From contig JYFJ02000747.1 of assembly GCA_000934665.2 (NCBI GenBank), positions 1-64,000 of the forward strand: a stretch of 64,000 bases of DNA, given 5' to 3'. A program made the translations under genes and the position numbers. This document shows, in pieces, positions 1 through 12,335 of this stretch. This DNA comes from Catajapyx aquilonaris. Lineage: Eukaryota. The number at the start of each line of letters is the position of its first letter. The stretch's first letter is position 1. The notes under the pieces were generated by a model that saw only the letters and a program-made list of their open reading frames with translations, was not told where the DNA came from and searched no databases.

Positions 1-94
1 ATTACTTGATACAACATCCCCAATTAAGCTAACAGATACATCTACACTAGCCTTATCACTTGCTGACAGCAAGTCCTTAAAATACTCTCCCCAG

Positions 95-1043
95 CGCAAC
101 TGGGCATATCCTCTTTGGGCCCTCGAAGGATGGCTCTTTCGGCTTCTCCATACAGTGGAAAATCGACAATTTCGGGGGGAAATGTAATAGGAGGATGCAT
201 TCACCCAGCATCTCACTGCCAGCTGGAATTCCTGGAGAATGGAATCTGTGGCTGGACAAAACGGATTGCCCTCACAATGATTTTGCCTTGACGGTCTACC
301 TCCGATACTCACCACCACCCAAGGACACCGTTCATGTTTTTGGTTCACCACAAGGGCACATTGATCTCTTAAGTAATCAACAGTTTCATAGTTTGGGTCG
401 CAAGTCTTTCCAGAAAACATCTTCAGAAAACGTCTGGAATTACACACATGTCGTCTGCGATCATTGCTTGAATGGGTCAACATTATCGGGTTCAACATTT
501 ACAAACCTTACCATAAGTATTGATGGGAAGCTACAGGAAGATTCGCCTCCTACGTCTGGCCTTCCTGACTACATGAAAACGATGTATGCGTTGGGAGCAA
601 TGGGAGGCGACCCCGACGTCATTCTGATGGGAAACGATGACGTTGAAGTGGCTTCCCATCGTCGCATACTGTCCCTCGAGAGCCCTGTCTTTGCAGCCAT
701 GTTCGAGCGAGACATGCTGGAGAAGAAGACTGGAAAGGTGACCATGCCCGACATGAGCTCTGAATTGATCAGGGAGATGCTCCATCATGTGTACACCGGG
801 AAAGAGCCCAGACAACTAGGCCAGATGGCATCGTCTCTTCTGGAGGTGGCAGAAAGGTATATCCTGCAGGACCTGAAGGAAATGTGCGAGGTGCACTTAG
901 CTCGACAGCTGGACATGAACAACTTTCGTACCACACTGGACCAGGCCACCACTTTCAATTGTTCCTATCTGAAGAGAAGGTGCATGGAGTGGGACTTGGA
1001 TCACATTAAGGATGCCATCGAAACAGACACCAACACGGACTAG
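95..1043 (+). CDS. MATH-BTB/POZ (SPOP/roadkill-like) protein, terminal exon; first exon probably upstream of the window
   Basis: BTB motif SHRRILSLESPVFAAMFERDMLEKKTGKVTMPDMS...MLHHVYTG plus BACK-like LLEVAERYILQDLKEMCE. The frame is open upstream of the listed ATG (195) back to an acceptor ctctccccag|95, adding the MATH start FSIQWKIDNF...HSP. Confidence 0.85.
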
Positions 1044-2289
1044 GTATCAGGCAGCTTATTTGATTCAGGATAAAATATTTTGGAAGATGTTAATTTCCCC
1101 ATACCCTAATGTAAAGCAATCTCACTGAAGCTTCCTGCAACCCTCGTGCAATTTCAGTTAAAAGAAAATGTTTACAAGTGTTCATTATGCGGTATTGCAA
1201 CTTGTTGATTTTCAAGCACGACTGTCAAGTTCTTCTGGTCCACTTCAGTTTTCTCAATGTGACTGATGCAACCAAGAATGAACCTCCGATGAGGGATTAT
1301 TATCAGATATGATTTCACGTATAATATTGGATGCTCATGAGATTATTCCATGCAGTGTGTTAGCTCCTCATATAGAGTAGGGAATTTTTTGATTGATGAA
1401 AAAATTCAGATGCAATGTAATCATATATAATGCAATATGGTTTTGCATATGCAGATTAAATATAATAACGTGAGTTGGGGGCAGTTACATTGGCTGATAT
1501 CTGTGAAACTTCCCAAATATTGTCCATCATGTGGTTCAGTCTCGCATTGTACCTGTGAAGCATTTTTTGATCATGTTATTGTAATGAAGTTATATGCATA
1601 AATACACAGACGAATCAAATGTACGGTTACTAGTTTACTTAATCTATGTAGGATAATGGTATATACTTTGATCTTCCCCAAATTTCAATGTTACTATCTG
1701 CCAGTATTTCAAGGCTGATAGGGTCCATTGTCTCAACAGGACTGTGGGTCTGCACGGAGTAAGTCTAGTAAAGTTCATCACATTTTTTTCCAGAATGTCA
1801 CCCGACATTTTTTGATTTGTGTGAAATTTGGGACACAAGATGCCACTGACTACAGCAGTGCAATGCGTGATTTACGGAAGCCTGAGACCAACAGGTCATG
1901 AGTGGGTTAAAAATGGACCTGGGGAAAAAACATGTCACCATATTTCCCTTCCTATCTCAGTAGGTATTAGTTGTATCGGAATGGCTACTAGGACGCAACC
2001 ACATCGGAATAATTTTAAATGCCTTTTCCATTTTCATTTGCAATTGCAATAAATATTAGAACAGCATAAATCCTTTGCCTGATGTTGTATCAGTTACAGT
2101 CAAATTACCCTATCACAAGTGTGAGAATAAGTCAAACATGTCAGTTAAAATAAAACACCATACCATGTGACAAATTTTACTTCATGGAAAGTTGTACACA
2201 ACACTGGCGTCTGTAACAGGATGCTCATATATGATCACAATTATGATTTTTATCTGACTTTTCTAAGGCCAATTAAAAAAAAAAGTGAT

Positions 2290-2993
2290 GTTACCTCCAT
2301 TGCTTGTCGTCTTCTGTACGTATATGCATGCCTTATCACATTAATTGCCTGATCTGACAAAATTAGCAACTGAAGGGTTTCTCCCAGGTGCGTATTCACA
2401 TGTGATTTTTCAAATGACTATGATTAAAATGCTTTTGGCAAACTTTGCAACTAATTGGTGTCTCTCCAGCGAGGGGTTATTCACTTACATTTTTAGCGTA
2501 CACGGTCTACCGGACTACTCCCAAACTACCCAGACTACCCCTTGGACTACCCCTCGGACTACTCACGAAGGTGTACACCTTAATGAATAACCCCTCGCTC
2601 TCCAGTGTGCAGTCTCACATGAACCTTCATTACTTGTTGCGCACTGGATGGTTTTTCTGTAAAGTGCATTCTCATATGATATTTCAAACAATATGTGTTA
2701 TTGAATTCCTTTTCACAACCAGGGATGTGTCTGTCATGTATGAATTTGCGTGACTTTTCTAACAGCTTGGATTACAAAGTTTTTATGGTACAGCACAAAA
2801 TGACATGGTTTCTCTCATGTATGAATTCGAATTCGCATGTGCTTTTTCAAATTACTTGGTTGATTAAATTATTTTTTTCTGGCACACTTCACAAAGTAAT
2901 GCTCTCTTGACTGAATGCATTCGATTGTGAGACTTCAACTGATTCAGAAAATTTTATTTGGCAAATATGGCAGGAAGTGAATTTACTATGAAT
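2290..2993 (-). pseudogene. Decayed C2H2 zinc-finger repeats, the former 3' extension of the ZnF gene
   Basis: Minus strand carries broken CxxC...LKxHMRIH/TGEKP-like units (e.g. CHICQIKFSES, CEVCQKK, LKKHMRI, CKVCQKHF) with stops and frameshifts. Confidence 0.75.
2470..2597. mobile_element. 128-bp MITE with 14-bp TIR and 8-bp TSD
   Basis: TIR CGAGGGGTTATTCA / TGAATAACCCCTCG; TSD CTCTCCAG at 2462-2469 and 2598-2605; internal (G)ACTAC repeats. Confidence 0.85.
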
Positions 2994-3169
2994 CAGTCCC
3001 CACTCACTCTCCCGCTTTTCACGTGACATTAGCTGATCTCCCCCACCGAAGGGGATGAGCCCCAGGCGACGCTAGAGTCATGTACAGAGATGATGGCTGC
3101 TTACCTAGCGGGGCTATTCTGAACCATATGGGTGGACTCCGATTGGCTGGTGTCTTAAAGGTCTCTTGA
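2994..3169. mobile_element. 176-bp insertion, probably a 5'-truncated retroposon 3' end
   Basis: GC-rich non-ZnF segment flanked by ATGAAT (2988-2993, 3170-3175); TGAA-type end on the + strand; removing it restores IH-SKFTSCHICQ. Confidence 0.55.
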
Positions 3170-5196
3170 ATGAATTCGCATGTGCTTCTTCAAATTAAAT
3201 CGCTGACAAAATCTTTTCTGGCACACCTCACAACTGTATGGTTTGTCTCCTGTATGAATTCGCATGTGATTTTTCAAATTACTTCGGCCACGAAAATTCT
3301 TCTGGCAGATCTCACAAGCAAATGGTTTTTCTCCTGTATGAATTCGCATGTGGGTTTTCAAATTACTTAGATAACCAAATCTTTTCTGACACATCTCACA
3401 ACTGTATCTGTATGGTTTGTCTCCCTTAGAAAGTCTGTGAACTTGCATGTGCCATTTCAAATAACTTGGGTCACCAAAATTCTTCTGGCAGACCTCACAA
3501 GCAAATGGTTTTTCTCCTGAATGAATTCTCATGTGAGTTTTCAACCTGGTTGAATCGCAAAACTTTTTTTCGCACACCTCACAAGTATATAGGTTTTCTC
3601 CTGTATGAATCCGCATGTGCTGTTTCAATTTTGTTGACTCAGAATAAAATTTCTGGCACACCTCACAAATGGTTTTTCTCCTGTATGAATTCGCATATGA
3701 GTTTTCAAACGACTTGCGCTACAATATTTTTTCTCGCACAGCTCACAAATAAATGGATTATCTCCTGCATGAATGCGCATGTGAGCTTTCAAAGTACTTG
3801 GAGCCGTATATTTTTTCTGGCACACTCCACAAATAAATGGCGTCTCTCCTGTATGAATTCTCGTGTGATTTTTCAAACCCCGTGATTCGCGAAACTTTTT
3901 CTGGCATATCTCACAAGAAAATCGTTTTACTCCTGAATGAGTTATCATGTGACTTCTCAAACAACTTGAATCACTAAATTTTTTAGGGCAAACCTCACAA
4001 TTAAATGGTTTTTCTCCAGAATGAATTCGCATGTGCTTTTTCAATGTATATGAATCACCATAATTTTTGTGGCACACCTCACAAAGAAACTGCTTCTTTT
4101 CTCTATGAATTCGCATGTGAGTTTTCCGCTGACTTGCACCACGAAATGTTTCCTGGCATATACGACAAATATATGGTTTTTCTCCTATGTGAATTTGCAT
4201 ATGAGCTTTCAAATGATGTGAATCATTGAATTCTTTCTGGCATATTACGCACTCATATGAATTTTTTTTATCACACAATTCCTTGTTCCTTTCCTCTTGT
4301 ATCTCTTGTTCTTCTGCTCCATCATCAGTTGTCACTTGCACAACCTGTAATGTGAATTACATTACATCAATCAGATGCTTTCCACCTGGTTTGGTCATAT
4401 GGAAGGCATTGTATACAGACGAGTCCAACAAATTGGCCAGTGGTTGTTAGGTGGAGCATGAAGGCCCATTCACACAGGCCATCGACGGTTTTGGTTTTTG
4501 GTCTCGTCGACGCCGCGGACCAATCAGAACGGGCCCTCACGTAAACAACGCGTCATGGTTACCGTGAGGGCCCGCTCTGATTGGTCCAAAACCAAAACCA
4601 AAACCGTCGACGGCCTGTGTGAATGGGCCTTGATAATAGTGACTGTTGGGATTTCCGAGATCACCTCTTTCACGGAAGCGATTATGATCACCACTCATAT
4701 CCTGCTCCTTAGGCAACCACTGGCCAATGTTTCTGGTCGCCTACATCCCGCCTACATTTTTGACTTGTTTTGGCTCAAGGAATACGCCTCCGGCCATTGG
4801 CCATACTAGTAAGAAACTCCCTGTACATCGCAATGTACGCTGAGCATATACAATGTGGCAATTTTCAAAACACCTTCCACACCTGGGTGTCTAATTTGGA
4901 TATAATGTGGTGTGACTTGACATTGCGAGACGACATACCCCGGTAATCCTTCCAGAACCAACTGCCAAAGGGTCATCTTCATCTTCCGCAGCCTTGGGAA
5001 TGGCCACCACCATCTCCTCCTCTTCTGGCTCCTGCTTGATCTCACGAAGAGTGTCTTCTATAAGAGTCGAGTCATCATCAAAGCAAGACGGGGTCTCCTC
5101 CTTCAACTGCAACCTCCACGTCTCCTCCGTAGTGATGCTGCCATCATCTCCTTCCTCCTCTGCCTCTTCCTTCTTTATCTTCAGGATCAAAGACAT
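3155..5196 (-). CDS. C2H2 zinc-finger protein (13 fingers) with acidic N-terminal exon; frameshift near 3665-3670
   Basis: Exon 5196-4939 (MSLILKIKKEE...IKQEPEEE, donor GGG|gtatgt) joins in phase 0 to exon 4344-3155 (ttacag|GTT). Seven fingers lie in ORF 3625-4341 and six in ORF 3155-3661, with TGEKPF-type linkers. Confidence 0.85.
4462..4630. mobile_element. Palindromic PIF/Harbinger-type MITE in the ZnF intron
   Basis: TIR AGGCCCATTCACACAGGCC / GGCCTGTGTGAATGGGCCT, an internal second inverted repeat, and 3-bp TSD TGA. Confidence 0.85.
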
Positions 5197-5804
5197 GGTA
5201 CTGCCTGCAGATGAAACAGAATGTTCAGTCGGCCATCTTTTAATGAATTTCTTTCTCTTTATTTTTTATGCAAATGAGGGTGCGTTCATATCATCGTACT
5301 TAAAAGGACGTGATTATACGCTATCCTAACCTCAAGAGTCGCCGCTACTGGTGACGCTGCTCTGTATAATTATGCTATATGCTGCTCATTTCAGTGTAAA
5401 AGAATGGTTCTCACATTGCACCTCATTTTTGCACGTTTGACCAAGAATGACAGAAGTATACATCAGCATCCCATACAATGCCTTGTACTGAAATATAAGT
5501 GAGAAAATTGGCAAGAAGCATATGAAGGAGGATATACGGCAGATGGTTTGTCCAGGGGACAATGTTGGCTGTCCCGACCCTGATGCTGCATGAAAAGATT
5601 TCATCTTTGAAATTCAAGGGATCCCACACTGGAAATGTTAGAAGTGAGAAATGACAACGCCAATTGGGATATGCAATCCTCTATATATTGCATATGCATA
5701 TAAAAAAATAAAAAAATAATGCTGGTAATCCAGCATAGTCCAAGTCAGTCCAGCTGTGATATGATCAAGTTGACTCTACGACATGTGTCCTATCTGCAAG
5801 CTGT

Positions 5805-8529
5805 TCATAGCTTTCGCTCATCATACACTTTGTCCTTGAGACCAGAGTAGAGGAAGGGTGTGACACGAGACTTGAGGGAAGGTCCATGTGGCTTCGCGAC
5901 TCCATCCCTTAAGCATCCAGGTTTCACACTGTAGTTTGTAGGACCAGGCATGTTGTCCACAAGTGTCTTAGACAAGAATCTAGGTTTTAGTGTGTAAAAA
6001 GGGCCATGCTGTACATTATGTGCCGGGTATGCAGCTGGCCCAGGACTAGCCGTCACTGAAAGGGCAATTAAAATTAAGATTCTCACCATGTGTTTCATTA
6101 CTTAAGGTCAACTACACTTTACGTTAGTACATATTGAGTCGTGTTGTATTATCATGTGAATGTCTGATTATCTGCTTGAATTTGGGAATTTTGAGATTAT
6201 AACAACATTCCACCGTCCCTTTTTGATATATGCTTGACATCAGGACTATCCCATCTGCATCTAACAACTAGCACCATTATTTTCCATATTACTCACTGTC
6301 CTTGGCCTTCCGTGCTAATCCAAATGAGTATGAAGGTTCCTTTTTCTTTCGGATTTTGCTATAATTATCCGTCACATAATTGTTTGGTGCTGGGTGCGGT
6401 TTTGGAATCATCGAGGAGTCGGGTAGGCCTACATATCCTCCACGCTTATTGCTGCATGCAGGGCGTTGGATGTCATAGCTATATTGATGGGAATGCCAAG
6501 GAGTAGCATTGCAGAGAGGTAAGAAACAGACATTGTTTCAAAAATATCTGTAGCACACAACCAATTTTAAAATGGAAAAACTGGATTTCTTCAAAATCAA
6601 AATACTGAATGAACTTACTGCCCAGGTGCAGGGGTGATGGTGTAGACCTTTGGTTTTGGAAGGCGTGACTTGAGTGTACAGCCAGGTTTGTGTGTCCCAC
6701 GGAGTGAAATTGGTGTCTCAAAGTACTCGTTGGGAGCTGGGTATCGAGGAGGGTTCAGCGGCTCAAAGGGTCTGAATGTCATCTTGTGACCTCTTTCCAC
6801 AAATTCTTTGGGAATGCTGTTGAAAACATGGTAACATGAGTGTAGAGTGAACTGAAAATGCAATCACAGGTCCTCGTAAATACGTGGGAATCTTACTAGT
6901 ATATGCCTAATATGTTGGGGGTCCTTCCCAGAGTTTTTATCTCCTCCCGGCGAGAGAAAAAACTTTTCCCTGGCTCTAGTTTCAGTGTGGAAGGAAGCTG
7001 GTAATAATTTGCACATGGGAACTGTTTATTGTCTTCAGTCGGCTCAAAGCAGCTCTTACAATGATTTGCGCTGATGGTGTATTTTGGTGGGCTGTGAAAA
7101 TATGAAGAATATTATTTTTAAGAATGTAATTTGGCTAAGGTATTGCCATGGCATGTATGATGTGATTAATCAAGACGTACCTCTTTATCTCTTTTGCCAC
7201 ATAGTAACTATTGGGGGCAGGTGTATTGAAAACAATTGGTTTATGGCGTTGCAGGAATGAGAATTCTGACCCTCTTTGCTTCCACAACTTGTTTGTCTGC
7301 AGGTACAGGTTATCTGGGCCACGAAACCCAGGTGTATCAACAGGCATTATGAATCGGCTGGGATGACCTCCCATAGCTGGAATCCTGGAAGGAAGAACAC
7401 ATAAGAAAGTTGCAAACCTTGTAAGCATGGATTACTTCTGGTGCAAACAACTGTTGCAAATACTGTAAAAGTTTGGGTGTATAGTATTCTACCATATTAC
7501 CCAACATTCCAGTATAATCGGGTTGACTAGATGTTACAAAGTGCCAATGTGGTGGCTACACTCGCACGCCAGCTTAAAGAGACATCAACCTCACTTTACA
7601 CTAGCATGATGTAATATTCCAAGTAATATGGTAAAATGCTGTATATTGTGTTGAGTCATAGAAGTGAACTGACCTGTGACCCATTGAGAATTTGTGTCCT
7701 TCTGTTCCTGTACCCCTGATTGCCTGTGTATTGTACTGAGTTGGGCCAGGAATCCAGGTGTCAATTAAGTAAAGAGGGCGTTCTAAGAGCGTGGAATACA
7801 CTTGTGGCTTGTTACTCTTCTTAGCCCATTGAATAGTGTCATAACCTGCTGGACCTGGTCCTATAGTCTTGTCTGAAGAAACGAAACAAAAATACTGTCA
7901 GGTAATATATAATTATTTAAAAAAACTATCACATGCATAACTCACAGCCCTTATTAGCCTTTTAGAGCAGAGTGTCTGTTATTGTTCATGCATAACATAA
8001 TCATACCGTTTCGTTTTGGTCGCTCTGTAAAGATACATTTGTGTGGAGCTGCTTTCACTATATCAAACTTTGGTTTGTAATCGGCTGGAGCTGGTAGTGG
8101 AATGGCTGCAATAATGGAAAATGAGGTCAGGACTTCTGAAAAACGTAACCTAAGGGACTCACCCAGCGAGGTCAGGGGACCACATCCAATTGCTGGTATG
8201 TACTCGCCCATCGGAGTGCGCCACAGTGCTGGTGAACATATGCAGTTGTAAATAATTTAATACTGAATGTTACTTTCAGCATCTGTTTAGTTAATGTATT
8301 AACAAATGTAAATGAATTGCCTCTTACTTGGATTCCTTCCACTAAGAACGGCTCTAGTGACCATCTTCCTCTGCTTTATTGCATCTGGGTCCTGGGTTGG
8401 TTCTGGGACGATCTTGGTCCTGGACTTCTTTGGGCTCCTCTGAGCCATCAGCTTCGTCAGACCCAAGCCCAGAACAGCAAGGTCATCCAGACTTGCTTCA
8501 TCATCACCATTAAACTTTGGCCTGTCCAT
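5805..8529 (-). CDS. SHIPPO-repeat / sperm-tail PG-rich repeat protein (ODF3/STPG/CIMAP1-like), 7 exons
   Basis: Phase-compatible exons 8529-8328, 8105-8007, 7872-7674, 7384-7181, 6816-6619, 6478-6297, 6055-5805. Repeated P[GA]PxxY motifs: PAPADY, PGPAGY, PGPTQY, PAPNSY, PAPNEY, PAPGHY, PAPNNY, PGPAAY, PGPTNY. Confidence 0.85.
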
Positions 8530-8978
8530 GTCGGAATAGCAGTGGAGGAGGAGCTATCTGGAGCTTCCTCTCTCCTGTACAGCAGGTGACTGGACAATGA
8601 TATTTTTTCATCAACACTTGGTCGCCTTGGCTGCAGACCAGCTGTTTCTGTTGTTCTTGTTGCCCAGGTGATATATGCTGCATTGGTTGCCATGGTTGAA
8701 ATAAATAATAATCATTGAATGTCTCAGTCTCAGTAGGTTTTTTTTTGGTTTTGTTTTTTGTTTAATTACAAAAATGACTGGAACAATGGTAATAATGTGA
8801 ACCTGTCAGTTGTGTATTTTGTTTTTCATTTTAAATTTCAGTTTTCAGAATAGAATCGACCAGAAAATTTTCAATTTTCAAAATCCAAAAGCTGAGGTAG
8901 CAACTACTTTAATTGATATTTAAGGAGGTTGGCCCAGCATTTACCATTCAACCTCCAAGGATAGGGAAGGAAGGAAGC

Positions 8979-10162
8979 TGAAACGTTGATAAGACGGGGT
9001 CAGAGGTCATCTGGGGATGACCCGACCTCCGCTTACTTGCAAACTATCGCGACGAGGGGGGGCGTAAGTAAGTTTGGTGGTTAGACCAACATTACTTGCT
9101 CCATTTGTTCAATTGAGACGCCCAACAACACTTTCCATGAACAATCACATAATTTATTTAATTAGTAAGCAATCATCTTAACTTAATGAACTCAACAAAA
9201 CACCAATAAGTTACTTGGGAGATGTCAACAACAGTCTAGCACCACATCAAACAACAGCCCATTCCGGCAGCCCTAACCCCTTGACAAGTCAGTCTGGATC
9301 TCACCCCTGCTTCCGTTTACGGTTTTGGTAGAGACTGGATTAGACGACTCCTGTCGTCCCCAGCCTCTTCCAGTTTTGGGTGGTCCTTCCTCCAGTCCTG
9401 TATCGTAGTTTCAGGGTTGCCTTCTTCTTCTTCAGCCTCTTCTCCCCTCGGTGTTGGTTGCTGCTGGCCCTTCGGTGTCTTGCCCACATTCTTGGCTTAT
9501 TGCCTGGGGTAGACCCTCCATTTGGCTCCAGCTCCCTCCACGTCGGGTGCCCCTCTGGAGCCTTACAGCGGTTGACGTCCGTTGTGTTGTTGGTTTCCTT
9601 CTTCAATGGTTTTCTCGCTCTTCAATTGGCTTCTAATGGCTTCTGACATCTTCAGCTTGGTCGTCAGGTCTTGTTCTTCTTCTTCTTCTTCTTCTTCTTC
9701 TTCTTCTTCTTCTTCTTCATCTTACAGTAACTTGCTGACTGGTTCGCTGGTGTGCTCTCAAAAACTCAACTCTCCATCTCTCTTGGACTTTTCTCTTCTG
9801 CTCTCTTCTCTCTTCTTCTTTGGCTGGTTTCCGGCTCAACTAGTAGCTTTTCGACGGCCTCCCTCCAACTCTCCTTTCTTGCTTTTTAGCAGCCGCTTAT
9901 ATGGTGAATTTCCGAAGGTTAACACCTCCTCACCAACAATAGTATCGGTGCTTTAATTATTCCAATGTCCTTCCATTCTTATTTGGGTGGGCGCAACTCG
10001 AAGACAATCAGCTCCTGAGCAACGCTCCCGTAATTGTGACATTTTTGTTGAAATCCCGTCGTCAGGGCCTTTTGTGGACAATGCCTTACATTTCAAAGAA
10101 AGTCCTTAAATTCAGCTTAAATTCCTTATCCTTTCTTTGACTTCTGCAATTGCCACCTTACA
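8979..10162 (-). mobile_element. Solo LTR (1184 bp, Gypsy-like)
   Basis: TG...CA termini (minus TGTAAGG...CGTTTCA); 4-bp TSD AAGC at 8975-8978 and 10163-10166; TATA-like CATATAAG near 9900 and AATAAA near 9155 on the minus strand. Confidence 0.8.
9672..9718. repeat. (TTC)n microsatellite inside the LTR
   Basis: About 15 TTC units seen directly. Confidence 0.95.
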
Positions 10163-10429
10163 AAGCGGCTGTGGCCTATTATACGGAAGCGACCCCGGAA
10201 TTATCCTAGAAAGACCGTGGAAAACCAAGGTAGCAACTACAGTAGAACCCCAATTACCCGACAGTCCCACTCCACATCCCACACATTTCGCATCAAATGC
10301 TGTAATCTATTATGCATTAATTTTTTAAATGCAGAAGTTTAACTAGAGAAATGGAAACTGAGATATACATATGAAAGGGCAAGCCTTCCTCTAATTTTAG
10401 ACACCATAAACTTTAGTCACCATACACTT

Positions 10430-10914
10430 TGGTGCATTTGTGCCAGTGGGACACTAGTTTTTCCATACTCCTGCAGAAAAAAAGCGTCAGACTGGGTGGG
10501 AAGCCAGTGGGGGGTGGGCCCTTTCATCCCACACTGGCTGCCACTGAACGTACAATAATAGCCTATGCTGAAGTTCTGACCTGCCAGGTACTTCTTTGTT
10601 GTTCCAAAGAGATGGTTTTAACCATGGTCTACCATCTCTTTGGACCAATGATGAAGCACCTGGCAGGTCTGAACGTCAGTGACATTGAGGAAGTGAAACG
10701 GACTGTCCCCCACTGGCTTCCCAGCCAGCCTGACGCTTCTTTCTGAAGGGGTATAGAAAAACTTGTGTCCCGCTGGGACAAATGCACAAAAGTGTATGGT
10801 GACTGTCTAAACTTAGAGGAAGACTTGCCCTTTCATATGTGTATCTCAGTTTCAGTTTCTCTAGTGAAACTTCTGAATAAAAAATGTTGTCAATTACTTT
10901 CTGATTCTCCCTCA
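10430..10914 (+). mobile_element. Decayed mariner transposase C-terminus with right TIR
   Basis: YHLFGPMMKHLAGLNVSDIEEVKRTVPHWLPSQPDASF*RGIEKLVSRWDKC matches the mariner C-terminal consensus (DYHLF..LK..L.G..F....EV...V..W...GI..L..RW.KC); ends TTACTTTCTGATTCTCCCTCA|TA. Confidence 0.8.
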
Positions 10915-11428
10915 TAAATGCAGTACAGTCGAGTGTATATGTAAAAGATAAATATGTCCCTATTTCTTAGAAAACAGTAACATTGTACATTATTTCACAT
11001 TTTATTTGTTTTATTGTGTTTTCTTAAAGTTTTCTTTGCTCCTTGAATTATCCAACCTTTTTTGTGGTCTGACCATGTCCCAGTCCTGTGGATGATGGAT
11101 AATAATAATAATAATAATCGGTGTTCTACTGTAATAACATTGATAATAATCAATATGGAAGTGATGCTCCTGAAACTCTCAGCTCCAACGAGAGAAAAAT
11201 CTTCTGTCCAATCTGAGGATCAAACGCCTGACCACAGAAATGAAAATCTGGTTTGCAACCACTCATGACCTGATTTCTGCTGTATATTTGCCATGTGATC
11301 ACTTAAAATGCTGTAGCAAAACCTGTCTGTAAGACAGTAACTTCATTCCACTTTGTACAGGATTTCCGTTATTTTTGATAAATGCTTGCAACAATGAAGG
11401 CAACCTGAGGAGTAACTTAATTATAAAA

Positions 11429-11783
11429 GGGGAGGCGGAGTGGTGCTGCGGTAACGTACGCGCCCACGGATGTTAAGGTCCCGGGTTCGATCCCAACCCG
11501 GGGACACCCCGTTCATCTCGTGCAGAGTTCATTGGGTCACCTCTGGCTTCGTCTCGGGTGGTATTTCCTACAGACTAAACCACCCGGGGGAGTTCACTAA
11601 AAATGGCCACATAAAGACATTGCACTGCACCTTGCACATCCCCTCCTGTCATCCTGCCCGTGGGCCCGGGCGCTACGTAAAAAGGCTCAAGTGTACTTGA
11701 TGTAATAAATAAAGGTCCGTGCTGCATACCTCAGATGAGGTCAAGCACTACCCCGGATTATTATTATTATTATTATATTATAT
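11429..11783 (+). mobile_element. Full-length tRNA-derived SINE with (ATT)n tail
   Basis: A box GTGGTGCTGCGG, B box GGTTCGATCCC, 3' stem-loop GTGCT..ACCTCAGATGAGGT..AGCAC; perfect 16-bp TSD TAACTTAATTATAAAA at 11413-11428 and 11784-11799. Confidence 0.92.
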
Positions 11784-12065
11784 TAACTTAATTATAAAAA
11801 TTGATCCAATCATATCACTCTCAGGCCTCTAGTCAGGGTATCAAATTGCGATCCTGCAATGCTTGCTGATGTAATGATTGCAATAATAAAGCAACAGTTC
11901 AAGGGTAATGTTAGTGGCTCTGAAAAGAACAATAGGTTTCTTTTCGCAGGCGAGAACGTTCTTTATTACCTCCATCATATCAGCATTTAAATATTAACGA
12001 GCTGAAACACCTTACAGTCTCCTAAATGCTCAATGTAGCCACAACTTTCAATGCTGCAACTCTTC

Positions 12066-12335
12066 TTATTGCAAATGGACATACAAAATATCTGATGCTC
12101 GCAGGACAGCGTGTGAGATGTTACCAAGGGGTGTGTTCAAGTCAGCGACCAAGAAGTGCCTGGCATCCTGGTCACACGCGATAAGCTTAGCGTCCACCAC
12201 GGTGTCGTCATGCAGCTGGAATCGGCCAGGCATCCCCTTGCTTCCCAGGGCTGCCATTGCCAAGAGGAATCGCTCACGAAGGAATGCACTTGCTTCCTGA
12301 TGCTTAGCTTCATTTCCACTTCCTTCATCAGGCAT
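12066..12335 (-). CDS. GEMIN7: Gem-associated protein 7 (SMN complex, Sm-like fold)
   Basis: EASAFLRERFLLAM...FQLHDDTVVDA...D.D..HFLVADLNTPLGNISHAVLRASDI matches the Gemin7 pattern (RA.LRERYL..L...F.LHE...V.A.F...D.D...F.VS.L.TP.G....A.LR.SDI); single coding exon, ATG at 12335. Confidence 0.9.
   Translation of the reverse strand: MPDEGSGNEAKHQEASAFLRERFLLAMAALGSKGMPGRFQLHDDTVVDAKLIACDQDARHFLVADLNTPLGNISHAVLRASDILYVHLQ

Larger units (their letters stand above)
8955..10240 (-). mobile_element. SINE fragment (same family as 36560-36965) split by a solo LTR; pieces about 10163-10240 and 8955-8978
   Basis: The joined pieces read ...AATTCCGGGGT...TAGGCCACAGCCGCTT|CCTTCCTTCCCTATCC, matching the body of the SINE at 36780-36870. 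Confidence 0.75.

Noticed and set aside
1640..1911. piggyBac-like end (GGG-TTAA)
   Set aside because: No matching left terminus could be identified.
3170..4229. Plus-strand repetitive ORFs (CMNSHV..., YEFAC...)
   Set aside because: Antisense shadows of the zinc-finger array.
9340..9956. Basic and Ser-rich ORFs suggestive of a viral gene
   Set aside because: They lie inside the solo LTR and (TTC)n tract; no recognisable viral motif.
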